Source of the DNA: a virus
Lineage: Duplodnaviria > Caudoviricetes
Reading direction: 5' to 3' (one strand)
Length of the DNA: 64,000 nt
Virus record (IMG/VR): IMGVR_UViG_3300018494_000083
The notes beneath the pieces were generated by a model that made no database searches, was not told the DNA's origin, and worked only from the letters and a program-made list of their open reading frames with translations. The stretch's first letter is position 1. Each line of letters starts with the position of its first letter. Positions 15,022-25,898 of this stretch are shown here, piece after piece. Made by a program: the position numbers and the translations under genes.

Positions 15022-16639
15022 ACTCAATGTTCACGACGATATTATCGAGAGGAACACTGATAAATTCGGACACATAAGCATCCGTACTTGTCGGAGCATT
15101 GTACTGGATAAGTCTATACTGAGATTGGAATCCATTAATAGATTCGAGCTCGATATACTTAATATACTCAGACATGTCGTTCATTACATTGGTAAGTACA
15201 TTACCCATGTAAAGTTTGTTGTTTTCGGAATTAGCGAAAATCTGTTCAATATGCTTCTTGATACACTGCTTCAGTTCAAGGAGCTTAGCGGTATCAAGTG
15301 TAGCATAGTTTTCAGTCAGACCAGCATAAACTACTACAGACAACTCAAGATCTCCAATATTCACAGCATTGCTACCATTAGAGAATGCAATTGTAAAGTA
15401 GTTACTTGGTCCAGATGTATTGAAGAATCGATAATCTGTATCGAAGTTATTGAGAAGTTTTCCCTTAACCTGTGACAGCAGATCTCTTGAATCAAAGATA
15501 ATATCTCTGAGTCTCTCTTCATATTCATCAAGACTTGCAATTTCTACACAAGGAACATCAAGCATCTGTGCCGGATCATCAGTGGAGATATCGATACGAA
15601 TAATATCAGTCATATCTACATAGAGATCAATAAGAGAAGATGTGTTAGAGTAGACATCACAAAGTCTATATCTAAAATTATCAGTACCTGCATTGTACTC
15701 ACAGATACCGGTATACATAGGATACAAGTTAGTAGAACCAGGAACGCCACCAGTTACAGCAGTAAAGACAGCACTCGAACCAGTTCCAACTTTGTTAACA
15801 AGAAGTCTCGAGTCATTTACATACTCAAAATCTTCGGTCTCTGCATACTCAAGATAATAGCAACCGATACCAAATCTGAACTGTTGAGGATCGATATCGA
15901 TACCATCTGCATCATAAAGAGCTCCATCAATGATAAACTCTCTATCCATATTGATATCAGAAGCACCAGCATTGATATCAGTAGGATTGTACAGATTCAT
16001 ACCCTTGAGTCGGAGAATTGTATTGTTATCAGAATCCATATAAGGATCTACCTTGAGGTCTGCCTCAAATACAAAGATATCATCAGAGTAAGATTTAAAC
16101 TCGAAGTCAAAGATACCTTTTACAATATTCGTTGCATTATTCTCATAGACAAATCCACGGAGGATGATAACTTTCTTAACATTGCCGGTATTTACATAGG
16201 TTACATTTCCATCAGGACCAGCTACGGTTTTCAGAGCCTTATGGTAGTCACCGTCCGTCATTACATTTACCTTCATCTTATATGTATCAGACTGAATATC
16301 TCGAGTGATATCAACATGGTCGATACGGAAGTTGATAGGTGATGTAGTATCAGTGTCCACACAAGTCATTCTCGGCGAAGCACCGATGTTGGAGGAATAA
16401 ACCTGAATACCTGCATCTGTATAAGCAAGGTTGTAAGGAGAGCAATATCTCTGTGTTGGCTCAAGTTCGGTGCCAGAGCTCCAGAAAGTTCCGAGAGTTC
16501 TAGGTGCATCCACATTGACACAACGAGAAGGAATTACTCCACCATCTTTGGTTTTGATCTTAGAGTTGATATCGAATACCATATTTACCAGATCGGATCT
16601 AACCTTTCTGATATAGTATTCATTGATTCCGTCCATCAC
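15020..16639 (-). CDS. Baseplate wedge protein, C-terminal part (frameshift-split gene)
   Basis: No SD; frame extends upstream to overlap the end of 16665-17792; LLNNFDTDYRFFNTSGPS and IKYIELESING C-terminal motifs. Confidence 0.6.
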   Translation of the reverse strand: MMDGINEYYIRKVRSDLVNMVFDINSKIKTKDGGVIPSRCVNVDAPRTLGTFWSSGTELEPTQRYCSPYNLAYTDAGIQVYSSNIGASPRMTCVDTDTTSPINFRIDHVDITRDIQSDTYKMKVNVMTDGDYHKALKTVAGPDGNVTYVNTGNVKKVIILRGFVYENNATNIVKGIFDFEFKSYSDDIFVFEADLKVDPYMDSDNNTILRLKGMNLYNPTDINAGASDINMDREFIIDGALYDADGIDIDPQQFRFGIGCYYLEYAETEDFEYVNDSRLLVNKVGTGSSAVFTAVTGGVPGSTNLYPMYTGICEYNAGTDNFRYRLCDVYSNTSSLIDLYVDMTDIIRIDISTDDPAQMLDVPCVEIASLDEYEERLRDIIFDSRDLLSQVKGKLLNNFDTDYRFFNTSGPSNYFTIAFSNGSNAVNIGDLELSVVVYAGLTENYATLDTAKLLELKQCIKKHIEQIFANSENNKLYMGNVLTNVMNDMSEYIKYIELESINGFQSQYRLIQYNAPTSTDAYVSEFISVPLDNIVVNIE

Positions 16640-16664
16640 ATTCAGGAAAGTTCCGATATCATTC

Positions 16665-17792
16665 TCAGATAACAGCGTTAAGCAAGGGTGTATTCTTAAT
16701 CACATAAGATCTCAGACCATCCATGTCGAGGTTATCAGAACCGGTCTGATTTGTGTAGAAAGGAATACAAGCAAGGCTGATACCTGAATAGGTATGTCTG
16801 CTATCGGGAGAATCGATTTTACATTGGATATCAGATCCATTACCTACGTACTCAAGGTCATTAACCTCAGCACCAAGGGTAGAAAAGATCTCGATTCTGA
16901 ATGTAGAGTTATACTGGGGTTGGAATCCAGTGAAATCAAAACGCACTTTGTGTTCATCATAAAGAACTTCGTAGTAGATGACATTCTCTTCATAGTAGTT
17001 AGTATCATATTTCGGAACTGCCTTCATAAAAGTGAATGTCGAGCTATCGGATTCTTTATAATAAATATTGAAGTAAGAGAACTGGTTGGTATAATCAAAA
17101 TCGATACCAGTCAGGGAGATGGTATCGTTCTCGGTTACAACATAGTCATGCTTAGTTTTGGTAAGCTGTTTGAGTTGAACTCTGAAGAGTACAACTTTCG
17201 TTTTATTTCCAGTTCTGTAGCAAGGAATGTGTTCATGTTGAATATCTTCAGACACATTCATTTCAGGATAAACATAATCAGTTGTAGAGGTTACATCAGT
17301 ATCTCCATAACCGAGATATCTTGCACTGTAAACATACTGACTTGTTTCCTCGGACCAAAGAGCAGTAAGCTCAATGTCGTACTCGGGCTTGAAGACATAG
17401 TTATTGATTGTGATAACAAGGTCTTTCTCAAGAACGAGTTTGTATGTTTTCGGGTTAGTGCTAACTACCTTACCAAAATTAATAATATCATCGGACTTTA
17501 CACCGAGGAAGGTATGAATAGAAGTAGGTGTAGCATTAGGAATCTTTAACCCGATCTTATAAGCAGCATATTCAAGAGTAGATCTCTTCATAGCTGTCTT
17601 GGGAAGGTATTCGTTTGCTCTTACTGACGAGTCATATAAGGAAGATCCATACATATGTGCCAGCGACTCAGTAAGAAGTCCAAACATACCAATTCTTTGT
17701 GTACTTAAATCTTCACCGAAATAGTTCTTACCCATCTCAGTAATTGTTTGGATAAGATCATATTCAGAAGAAATATGGATAAGTTCTGACAT
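16665..17792 (-). CDS. Baseplate wedge protein (T4 gp6-like), N-terminal part
   Basis: IGMFGLLTESLA..RANEYLPKTAMKRSTLEYAA..PNATP, QPQYNS..IFSTLGAEVN: gp6/baseplate J-like motifs. Confidence 0.65.
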   Translation of the reverse strand: MSELIHISSEYDLIQTITEMGKNYFGEDLSTQRIGMFGLLTESLAHMYGSSLYDSSVRANEYLPKTAMKRSTLEYAAYKIGLKIPNATPTSIHTFLGVKSDDIINFGKVVSTNPKTYKLVLEKDLVITINNYVFKPEYDIELTALWSEETSQYVYSARYLGYGDTDVTSTTDYVYPEMNVSEDIQHEHIPCYRTGNKTKVVLFRVQLKQLTKTKHDYVVTENDTISLTGIDFDYTNQFSYFNIYYKESDSSTFTFMKAVPKYDTNYYEENVIYYEVLYDEHKVRFDFTGFQPQYNSTFRIEIFSTLGAEVNDLEYVGNGSDIQCKIDSPDSRHTYSGISLACIPFYTNQTGSDNLDMDGLRSYVIKNTPLLNAVI

Positions 17793-17795
17793 ATA

Positions 17796-19250
17796 TTATA
17801 CCCACCTTAATTTATATTGACCGTCATTCTTTGCTGCTCGATTCTTCGAAGAACTATCACTACCACTCATTGCCATAGAATCGCCCATAGTAATATAGGG
17901 ACCATTGACATATGGTACACCATGAATTCCAAGTTCAGGTAAATAGTTCGGATAGAAAGCAGCAGCTTCACCGGTACCATCAATGTAATAGTATCTCATG
18001 GCATTTCCACAATTAATGTTTTTCTTACCATAATAACTCATGATAGTATCGATAAGTCGTTGATCGGCTGTCATGTTTTTACTCTTAAGTGTATCGGTTA
18101 CTGAGGTTGCAAAAGATGCCAACGAGCTATGAGGACTCGTTGAGCTGTTGAGGTTATCGACTGCAATCTTATTCTTATTGATATCCATTCTGATATAATC
18201 TGAACGGATCTTGTAGAGTGCATTCATCTCCATCAAATGTGCCTCATGTTGTACCGATCTCATGGAGTATGCGAAGTTAATCGTATACTTAAGATCCTTG
18301 TCATTGATGCCATCTTGAGTAGCAAAGATATCATCAGGAACACTCAGCGGGAATATACCAGTGAGTTTTTCCCAATAAATGATATTCTCCATAGTCTCAT
18401 CGGTTACTACATAGTAAGCAGATGCGGCATAGTCAAGGATACCGAGACCAATATAACGGCGATAAGGAGATGCATAACCAAGTGTAACAGCTTGGATATA
18501 CTCAGCCCATAACTTAATTGTATAGAACAAAGAAAGGTCACGGCGATCAGTAAATTCCATACTAACCGTTCCTGCAACCTTATGTTTGAATGTAGGCTCA
18601 CCATAGAGAACAGAGTTTCCATGGAAAGTCTTAGCCATCTCAGTATAGTCAATCTCTCTCTGAGCAGGTGCATAACCACTGAACTGGTTGGTCATGATGG
18701 CTAACCAGGGTGTTTCGAATTTAGGATCAACAAATGCTGCGAGAGACTTGAAGATTCGTTTACCTAGGGCTTCGCCCGATGAAAACTCATTCTTACCGAG
18801 ATTGAAGATATAGTTAAATGTAGGAAGTCGTCCAAGGTCATCATTGATTTTATCAGTATTCGCTTTGTAGCTACTCAGCGAATTCGTGGTAGTCTTAAAG
18901 AGATTCATATTCGGTCTTGTCATGAATAAGAATCCTTTAGTAGAGAGACGACTTTCTGGTACCTGTAGTTTAAAGCGATTTATCTTGGTAATCTGCCTTG
19001 TATCATTAGGAACACTGACCATCAATTCATAGGCAGCAGCTCTTTCAAGTTCAGTAGGCGTACTGACGCTCGTGTTATTACTGATAAACTTATCATCGGC
19101 GTCTTTTGCAGCTTTCGCAATCTTGTCATAATCAGCTGTAACCTGCTTAGCAAGTGCATTTTGGTTATTTGCAACAGTTGCTGTTGACATTGCTGCTTGC
19201 ACTGCTTTCTTTACTTTGTTGATCAAGTTCAAAAAGTTAGATAATGCCAT
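17796..19250 (-). CDS. Virion structural protein, tail-tube/baseplate-like fold
   Basis: FLFMTRPNMNL, LDYAASAYYVV, YWEKLTGIFPLSVP..INFAY resemble tube-fold proteins; late promoter; GGAGG SD. Confidence 0.6.
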   Translation of the reverse strand: MALSNFLNLINKVKKAVQAAMSTATVANNQNALAKQVTADYDKIAKAAKDADDKFISNNTSVSTPTELERAAAYELMVSVPNDTRQITKINRFKLQVPESRLSTKGFLFMTRPNMNLFKTTTNSLSSYKANTDKINDDLGRLPTFNYIFNLGKNEFSSGEALGKRIFKSLAAFVDPKFETPWLAIMTNQFSGYAPAQREIDYTEMAKTFHGNSVLYGEPTFKHKVAGTVSMEFTDRRDLSLFYTIKLWAEYIQAVTLGYASPYRRYIGLGILDYAASAYYVVTDETMENIIYWEKLTGIFPLSVPDDIFATQDGINDKDLKYTINFAYSMRSVQHEAHLMEMNALYKIRSDYIRMDINKNKIAVDNLNSSTSPHSSLASFATSVTDTLKSKNMTADQRLIDTIMSYYGKKNINCGNAMRYYYIDGTGEAAAFYPNYLPELGIHGVPYVNGPYITMGDSMAMSGSDSSSKNRAAKNDGQYKLRWV

Positions 19251-19276
19251 AGGTATCCTCCTCTCTTCTTATCTTA

Positions 19277-19335
19277 TAATAAATTGTTTCTATTATAAGT
19301 CGGAAATTACTGGCTATTTCGTAAACAATAATATA
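19277..19335. promoter_or_regulatory. Divergent pair of late-type promoters
   Basis: AACAATTTATTA on minus strand (19288-19277) and AACAATAATATA on plus strand (19324-19335). Confidence 0.65.
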
Positions 19336-19384
19336 AATTAATGAATTTATTTATTAAAAATATATCTTAAAGGAGGATGAAATA

Positions 19385-20539
19385 ATGGCAGATACTTTGA
19401 AGAATATCGCTGACTTTGCGGATAAATTTGATAGCAATTTCAAGGTTGTTCCGAAGATGACGTCTATCTCCGCTCAGGCAACGAAGTCTACCTATTATTT
19501 TCCGATCTTAGTATCTAAGAATGTCTCCATGAAGACCGCTAATCTCATTTCCACAAACCTTGAGACTATGTACGGTTATTTCATGCGTGCATGTTTTGCT
19601 CTTACCCCTGCTATTAAGGTTAAGGGAGATGTCAACGTTGAAGAATATCTGAAGAGATTCCATCAGAATTCCGGCGTGGCTAGAAATAAATTTGGAATTA
19701 TCTTGAGGGAGGAAGTTGAAGAGTTCAAGTTTCTTCCTAATGAACCGCTCAACGAGGCAGGTAAGTATTGCAAGGATGACTACATGGGTGCAGCAGATGA
19801 TGTGATCGCCTCTGTTAAGTCTGCAAACGATCTCAAAGAGCAACTCAAAGCAAAGGCAGCCATTGATTTCGCAAAAGGATCCTGGGATGCTGGCAAGCTT
19901 GAGAAAGTAAATGGTATGACACCTTCCGTTATGCCTGTAACCTGTCAGTTCCTTGTTGACGGACATGATAAGCCGGTTGAAGTTAAGATTCCTGTCGGAA
20001 TCAAAGTTATGCTTCATCCTGCAGAGCCTGTTGATATCAATGATCGTGTTGCTGATGCAATTGTTGGTCATGGTGTAATCAAGAGCCTCGTTCGCTGGAC
20101 TTCTGGTGAAGTTGAGTCTCTCGGTGATATGCTCTTCGGTACTACTCGTATGAAGAAAAACATTTCTGGGGAAACCAAGATGGATCAGTGGTTCGATGTA
20201 ATCGAGCGTCGTAAGAGAATCAACAAGCTTTCTCTCGGACTGGCTGCTAAGAAGCCTTTCCTTCCCAACATGACTATTCATCTCTCTACTTACGATGTAG
20301 AAGAGATTGAAAGAAAAACAAAAGTAAATCTTCTCAAGAATATCAATATGGCTCAGCGTCTCGTTAAAGAGTGCTTCTTGCTTGCTCTCGTTATCACTGA
20401 CGATGCTTATGAGACTGCTTACATCCTTTACGATGGTCATAATGACTTCGAGGAGATTCCTTTCAATACAATCAAGCGTGAGAATGATAAGACTTCCGAT
20501 ACCATGGTAAGTATTCTCAAAACTTTCGCTGGTAAATAA
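19385..20539 (+). CDS. Virion structural protein (probable head-associated)
   Basis: 384 aa, GGAGG SD, late promoter, PLNEA motif. Confidence 0.7.
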   Translation: MADTLKNIADFADKFDSNFKVVPKMTSISAQATKSTYYFPILVSKNVSMKTANLISTNLETMYGYFMRACFALTPAIKVKGDVNVEEYLKRFHQNSGVARNKFGIILREEVEEFKFLPNEPLNEAGKYCKDDYMGAADDVIASVKSANDLKEQLKAKAAIDFAKGSWDAGKLEKVNGMTPSVMPVTCQFLVDGHDKPVEVKIPVGIKVMLHPAEPVDINDRVADAIVGHGVIKSLVRWTSGEVESLGDMLFGTTRMKKNISGETKMDQWFDVIERRKRINKLSLGLAAKKPFLPNMTIHLSTYDVEEIERKTKVNLLKNINMAQRLVKECFLLALVITDDAYETAYILYDGHNDFEEIPFNTIKRENDKTSDTMVSILKTFAGK

Positions 20540-20549
20540 GGAGGATCAT

Positions 20550-21629
20550 ATGAATAAATATCTCACATATACTGAAGGTTGTGAAGTTGTATCCTTCCTT
20601 AACGAAAATGCAATGCTTCCTACTATTCCTCTCAATGAGGATGCCCAGCTTTCTGCTGGTTCTGCGGTTGTAGATAAAATGCTCGACCTCACTCTTTCGA
20701 GATATAACAAGATCGATTTCGGCGAGATCGAAAAGTCCCGTGGTGACGTAACCAACTGCAGAATGTATAAGAACCTGAGAGAGGCTATTGATATCCTTTG
20801 TGATATCGACATGACTACTCATAAGATTCCTGGTGCTGTTGTAGTTTCGACTGCACTTAACAATCTTCTGACTCTCAAGAATAACTTTATGTATGGCTTC
20901 AGAACTAAGAATTCTCTTGCCATCATCCTTTACAATACGATGTACTACTCGGTTGTTGAAGCTACCTCTTACCTCATCGCTACTTCGGTAGACTTTGCTA
21001 AGAACGGTAACAAGATGGAGTACACTGCTCACGAGATCAACAACAGAGATGTAGTTCTCATCAATAATCTCAACAAGTTTAACCAGAAGGTTGCTGACGG
21101 TGTGGTAATTAAGTTTATCAACACTGCTCACGATACCGAGGTTGAATATAAAGCAAGTGGCGAAACTCTTACTGAGGCTTCGTTCTTCTCTGATAGCCTT
21201 GATGTTATCAGAAAGATTCTCGGCAAGTTTGGTCACATTGAAGAGAAACTTGGTGACAATGGAAAGATCAGCAAGAAGCTTAATCTTACTACTACCGGTA
21301 AGATTGCAGTTGGCTTTGCTTCTGCAGCTGCTCTGATTTACCTTATGGTAAACATCATTCCGATCATCAAGTCTTGTATCTATGTAATTTACAGACTTCG
21401 TCATAAGATCAGCGAATCCGCTAAGATCCAGGCTGAGCTCATCGAGATGAACATTGAGATTCTCAAGGAGCAGGGTGCCGATGAAGATGTAATTGCAAAA
21501 CAGGAAAAGGCGGCTGAAAGATTCCGTAAGATCGCCGACAAATTTGCTCTCGATTGTGATAAGTCCGAGAGAGATGCAAAGAAGGACACGAACGAGGATA
21601 AGATCGATGCGACGGAAGTAATTATTTAA
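20550..21629 (+). CDS. Probable internal head/ejection protein with one hydrophobic segment
   Basis: 359 aa; LTEA, ISES, VVEA motifs; IAVGFASAAALIYLMVNIIPII. Confidence 0.7.
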   Translation: MNKYLTYTEGCEVVSFLNENAMLPTIPLNEDAQLSAGSAVVDKMLDLTLSRYNKIDFGEIEKSRGDVTNCRMYKNLREAIDILCDIDMTTHKIPGAVVVSTALNNLLTLKNNFMYGFRTKNSLAIILYNTMYYSVVEATSYLIATSVDFAKNGNKMEYTAHEINNRDVVLINNLNKFNQKVADGVVIKFINTAHDTEVEYKASGETLTEASFFSDSLDVIRKILGKFGHIEEKLGDNGKISKKLNLTTTGKIAVGFASAAALIYLMVNIIPIIKSCIYVIYRLRHKISESAKIQAELIEMNIEILKEQGADEDVIAKQEKAAERFRKIADKFALDCDKSERDAKKDTNEDKIDATEVII

Positions 21630-21645
21630 AAGAGAGGTGACTGAT

Positions 21646-23295
21646 ATGCCAGAGATCTCTAAAATGGATAAGTTACTGACGATGCTCGAATCAGCTACCG
21701 TTGAAACAGATAAGTATTCTACTTCTCTTAATGAGGAGATTGATATCAAACTTGCTTCTGTATTCGATAAGGTTAATAGCTTCATCAACGTATTCCCAAG
21801 AGTTTCTTCCTCTTATAAGACGGAGGAACTTCATCAGCTTATTAACCAGGTCAACTCTATTCATCTTGATGGAGGTTACAGAGCATCTACTTATCCTAAT
21901 ATGCAGATTGGTGTAGCATCCAATACTCTTAATGTAACATCGTTGTTCGATTTCGTTTTGAACGAGATCAAAAAGCATTCAGCCAAACCATCGCAAACTT
22001 TTAACCCGACACATATAAATCAGAAGGCAATCGCCAATGCATGTAAACAGTGCACAGGAAAGATGCCTTCTGAGCTTATGACTCTTCCCGAGTTCAAGTA
22101 TCAGTTCCAACTTGCTGTGTTTGGTGGCTTTAACAAAATTATTGTCATTCCTAATCTCAATAGGCTGACAAATAATGCGTTAAGAGTGCCGATAATGATT
22201 AAATTTATCGACAATAGATTAATACACCAACATATTTCTCAACTTAAGAAATACAAATCTGATCTTGAGGCTGAATTCGATTCCTTGGAAGCGAAGGATC
22301 CTAGTCTTATGAAGTACTTCAATGCTTATGCCGATGCAATTGGATTAGCTATTGAGAACACTCTTAGGATTTATAAGATCATGAGGAATGTTTATACACA
22401 ATACGATATCGAGTTCCGAAATGTTCTTCGTAACATAGTCGAACACAATAAATCGAATAACGAATCTGTTATTGAGACTAATCTCCTAGAGACGGCTAAT
22501 TTTATTAGCTCTGCAGTTAAGCCTCTTCGTAAGATCTCGTCCAATATCAGCGAGGTTCTGAATGAGTCTGCGTCTCCGGATACGGATTATAATATATCAG
22601 AATCATTAAACAATTTTCTTGCAGACTTCAAAGAAAGAGCATTTGCTACTAAAGAGGATAGGCTCAAGATCCGTACTCGTTATTTGACTGAAATGGGTTT
22701 GGTTACCAAGCGACTTAACCTTGTAGATGCGTTCGTTCGCAAAAATCCCGATATCCAAATTCAAGCATATTCCAATATCAATCGTCTCTTCGATATAGAA
22801 GAGCTCGAAAAGCAACTGTCTAAAAATGCTCAGTTTTTAACTGATATTTTAGAACATTGTGATAAGTACAGTAATAAAGACATAAAATTCTTTATCAAGG
22901 AAATGATTCCGTCAAGTTTACAGCATTGTATTCCTGATAGTGAAGTGAATTTCATTGGTGTACTTTTAACTCAAATTTCGCAAATGATATGTGGTGATAA
23001 TCGGTACATTCATCCGGATATCTATGTCATATCCCAAAATATTGTATCTATCCCAAATTACTTGGGTATAATAGATAGCCACATAAACAATCTCGTTTCA
23101 TTAATTGAACATACAATTAATGAATTGGTTGCTAGTAGTTCTTCTGCTAGTAACGAACTCAAAATGGTAATTGATGTAATAACAAACGCGGCATTCGCGT
23201 ATCTTGCAATAATTCTTAATGTTTACAAAGATCTATCTATTATAGAAGATTCGGCACTACATGCGGTTACAGCAATTTCCGAAATGTTAGACTGA
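21646..23295 (+). CDS. Probable internal head protein
   Basis: About 549 aa helical; MLESA, VLNESA, ISES motifs; GAGGTG SD before ATG 21646. Confidence 0.65.
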   Translation: MPEISKMDKLLTMLESATVETDKYSTSLNEEIDIKLASVFDKVNSFINVFPRVSSSYKTEELHQLINQVNSIHLDGGYRASTYPNMQIGVASNTLNVTSLFDFVLNEIKKHSAKPSQTFNPTHINQKAIANACKQCTGKMPSELMTLPEFKYQFQLAVFGGFNKIIVIPNLNRLTNNALRVPIMIKFIDNRLIHQHISQLKKYKSDLEAEFDSLEAKDPSLMKYFNAYADAIGLAIENTLRIYKIMRNVYTQYDIEFRNVLRNIVEHNKSNNESVIETNLLETANFISSAVKPLRKISSNISEVLNESASPDTDYNISESLNNFLADFKERAFATKEDRLKIRTRYLTEMGLVTKRLNLVDAFVRKNPDIQIQAYSNINRLFDIEELEKQLSKNAQFLTDILEHCDKYSNKDIKFFIKEMIPSSLQHCIPDSEVNFIGVLLTQISQMICGDNRYIHPDIYVISQNIVSIPNYLGIIDSHINNLVSLIEHTINELVASSSSASNELKMVIDVITNAAFAYLAIILNVYKDLSIIEDSALHAVTAISEMLD

Positions 23296-23332
23296 ATCGA
23301 TCCCTATGTAAATATGAGGAGGATTATACATT

Positions 23333-24319
23333 ATGACTATTACGTATGAACAGGCATATAATAAGCTTGATTCCATTGTTGAGTCCGCTCTCGTTAACTT
23401 CGAATGTGAGGTTCTTACTGAGGGTGTGGATGTCGGCAAGGCATTCCGTGTAGTTAAGGCTGCAATCATCAAGCTTATCGATACTGTAATCAATTTCGTT
23501 AAGCAGCTTGCTGTTAAGTTCAAGGCAAGAGGCATCGACAGCGTTCCTTACAAGGCTGGCGAGCTCAAGGCTGCTGTTGATCGTGCAACTGCTGACTCTC
23601 TTTGCGCTAGCATCTCTAAGGTAGCTGGCGATCTCCGCAACGGCGACGTTAACACCAACGCTAACGCTGCTATCAAACTCGGTGAGAGAACCACTGCTGA
23701 CGGTACTGTTAGCAAGGCTGACATCATCGCTATCCTGAACACTGTTCACAAGACCACTGCTCAGCTTAAGGCTGAGATCAACCGCTACGCTGATAACGAT
23801 CCCGACGCTGCTAAGAAGCTCGAGATCATCAAGGGCTACGTAACTAAGCTCAACCAGGTTGCTAACGCAGTTGCTACTGTTGTTGGTAAGGCTGGTGAGT
23901 CTGCTCGTGCAGATGCAAAGGCTCAGAAGGCTGCAAACGCTGCTAAGGCTGCTGCTGGTAAGGCAGAAGTTCCTTCTACTCAGAGCGAGTCTGCAACGGT
24001 TCGTATGGCTAAGCTTCTTGTTGAGGCTGCTGCTATCCTTGAGGAGGCTGAAGGCGGCGATGCTGCTGTTGAGGCACATCCTTATGTTGACGGTATCGAG
24101 GGCGGCGAAGGTACTCAGGATCCTATCGATGATATCCCTGAGGAGAAGCCCGAAGAGGCTGCAGCTCCTGCTCCCGAAGTTTCCGGTGGCGAGGGTGCTC
24201 CCGTAGATCTTGAGGAGATCAAGGAACTTGTTGGCGACGACAAGGAAGCTATCGCTCTCATGACTGAGGACGAAGGCTCCGCTGTATGCGAGGCTGTTGA
24301 AATCGACTTTGGTTTCTGA
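23333..24319 (+). CDS. Abundant internal head / scaffold-like protein
   Basis: Ala/Glu-rich, very strong codon bias, IVESA, LTEG, LVEA, VCEA motifs; GGAGG SD. Confidence 0.7.
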   Translation: MTITYEQAYNKLDSIVESALVNFECEVLTEGVDVGKAFRVVKAAIIKLIDTVINFVKQLAVKFKARGIDSVPYKAGELKAAVDRATADSLCASISKVAGDLRNGDVNTNANAAIKLGERTTADGTVSKADIIAILNTVHKTTAQLKAEINRYADNDPDAAKKLEIIKGYVTKLNQVANAVATVVGKAGESARADAKAQKAANAAKAAAGKAEVPSTQSESATVRMAKLLVEAAAILEEAEGGDAAVEAHPYVDGIEGGEGTQDPIDDIPEEKPEEAAAPAPEVSGGEGAPVDLEEIKELVGDDKEAIALMTEDEGSAVCEAVEIDFGF

Positions 24320-24356
24320 TTTGTATCACCACAGTTGATATAAACTTTGAATAAAT

Positions 24357-24392
24357 ATGGCAGACGGATTAATTTCCGTCTGCCATTTTTTT
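24357..24392 (+). terminator. Rho-independent terminator immediately upstream of cassette array 2
   Basis: ATGGCAGACGGA-TTAATT-TCCGTCTGCCAT-TTTTTT. Confidence 0.88.
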
Positions 24393-24403
24393 GTTTATTT
24401 TTT

Positions 24404-25866
24404 ACTCCATGTATAGGAACTGATCGTCCATTGCCAATATATAATCATCTTGTCAGAAATGTAGGTGCATCATTTAGTACTGGAGCAGATTATGTTTATT
24501 CTGCGTATGACTCCAACAAATGTAAATGATAATAGAGAAATGTACGGAACAAGTTTAATGCTCTTTTCAGGTGAGGGATTTATTAAAATGCATTCAACTG
24601 TGCGAGCATCCCTTGGTGACTACTCCACATAAAGTGCTACATTATGATAGAGAGAATTATGGCAATTCATTAGTTCTATATGATGGACGATCATACGCCG
24701 ATTCATATTATTCTGTAACTTATCAGATTGGTGGATATACTCCATTAAAAGATATAGGATATAATAATTACGAAAAACTCAACGGAATAAACCCAAGTGG
24801 ACAACCAGAGATGAAATACATGTGGATTCCAAATACCGAAAATGACGTCGGTGAGTAACTCCAACCCTTTGGTCTATTTATGATTATAATTATGATATAT
24901 TATACAGAATGGCAGATTATGGAGATTTAATTCTTGGTTCTGCTAGTCAATTATTTGGTGCCCATACTCCAGATACATGCTTTGAAATATTATCAATTGA
25001 ATCAACCAAATGGAAAGTAATTCATAATACTGGTGTAACTGTTGGCGGTCACGGAATTAGAGTCACTGACATTCCGGCTGGTGCAGGTGTTTGACTCCAG
25101 CAATGAATGAATTAAAAGCAGTGATTAATTATTCTGCATTTTTCTGGTTTTGGGATAGTATGTTATATTATGGATATATGCCAAATCATAACATTCCTGT
25201 TTGCACTCCTCTATCAAATCGATCTATATCAGATCTTGAGGGAGATCAGATACGATTTGCTGCATTATACAAAGATGCTGATGTATATTGACATTCCGTA
25301 AATTCTTGGATTTATGGTACTCCATATTCTCCTGGAGAATCTGCAACTTATTATATTGATAACAGCGGAAATAGTTCACCAAGAACAGGCAATATATTAG
25401 AAACTAGAGGTGTGACTCCGCAAGGAAAGATAGATCCATCAGCAAAAGCAGTAAATATCAATATTGCATATAATGGTCTTCCATCTTTACAGAACCCATC
25501 AGTGTCAGTTTGTGAATTACTCCAGTTAGAGAAAATGAATATGGACCACTTTATCACTTTGTCCTTGAAGCTACAGGTATTTCTAGAGGTGCGGGATGGT
25601 GTAGTACTCTTACTCTGACTGGTGTTAATTATTCACTCCTGAGGGTAGATCTTTATCTCACATAATATCGAATAAGGGAGAAGATAATCCTAGGTATACA
25701 AATATAGATACCAAATGGGGTGTTTGTTATTACTCCACAAGCGAAAATTCAAAGTGGAATAAAAACGGTATATCTCTTTATATCTGATTTTGGATTTTAT
25801 AGTATAGGTAATCCGAGCACACAAAAGTATGTTTTTCAGCATTTATATACAGGAGTCAGATCATAA
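24404..25866 (+). repeat. Cassette array 2: 13 ACTCC-anchored peptide-coding units (96-128 bp spacing)
   Basis: ACTCC at 24404, 24510, 24622, 24739, 24858, 24966, 25094, 25205, 25319, 25415, 25519, 25635, 25732; 12 of 13 lack an internal stop in the Thr-Pro frame; last unit ends GVRS-stop. Confidence 0.9.
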
Positions 25867-25872
25867 CTGACG

Positions 25873-25884
25873 AACATTTATATA
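25873..25884 (+). promoter_or_regulatory. Late-type promoter AACA-N6-TA
   Basis: AACATTTATATA directly after array 2, upstream of 25899. Confidence 0.65.
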
Positions 25885-25898
25885 ATAACTTCCGAAGG

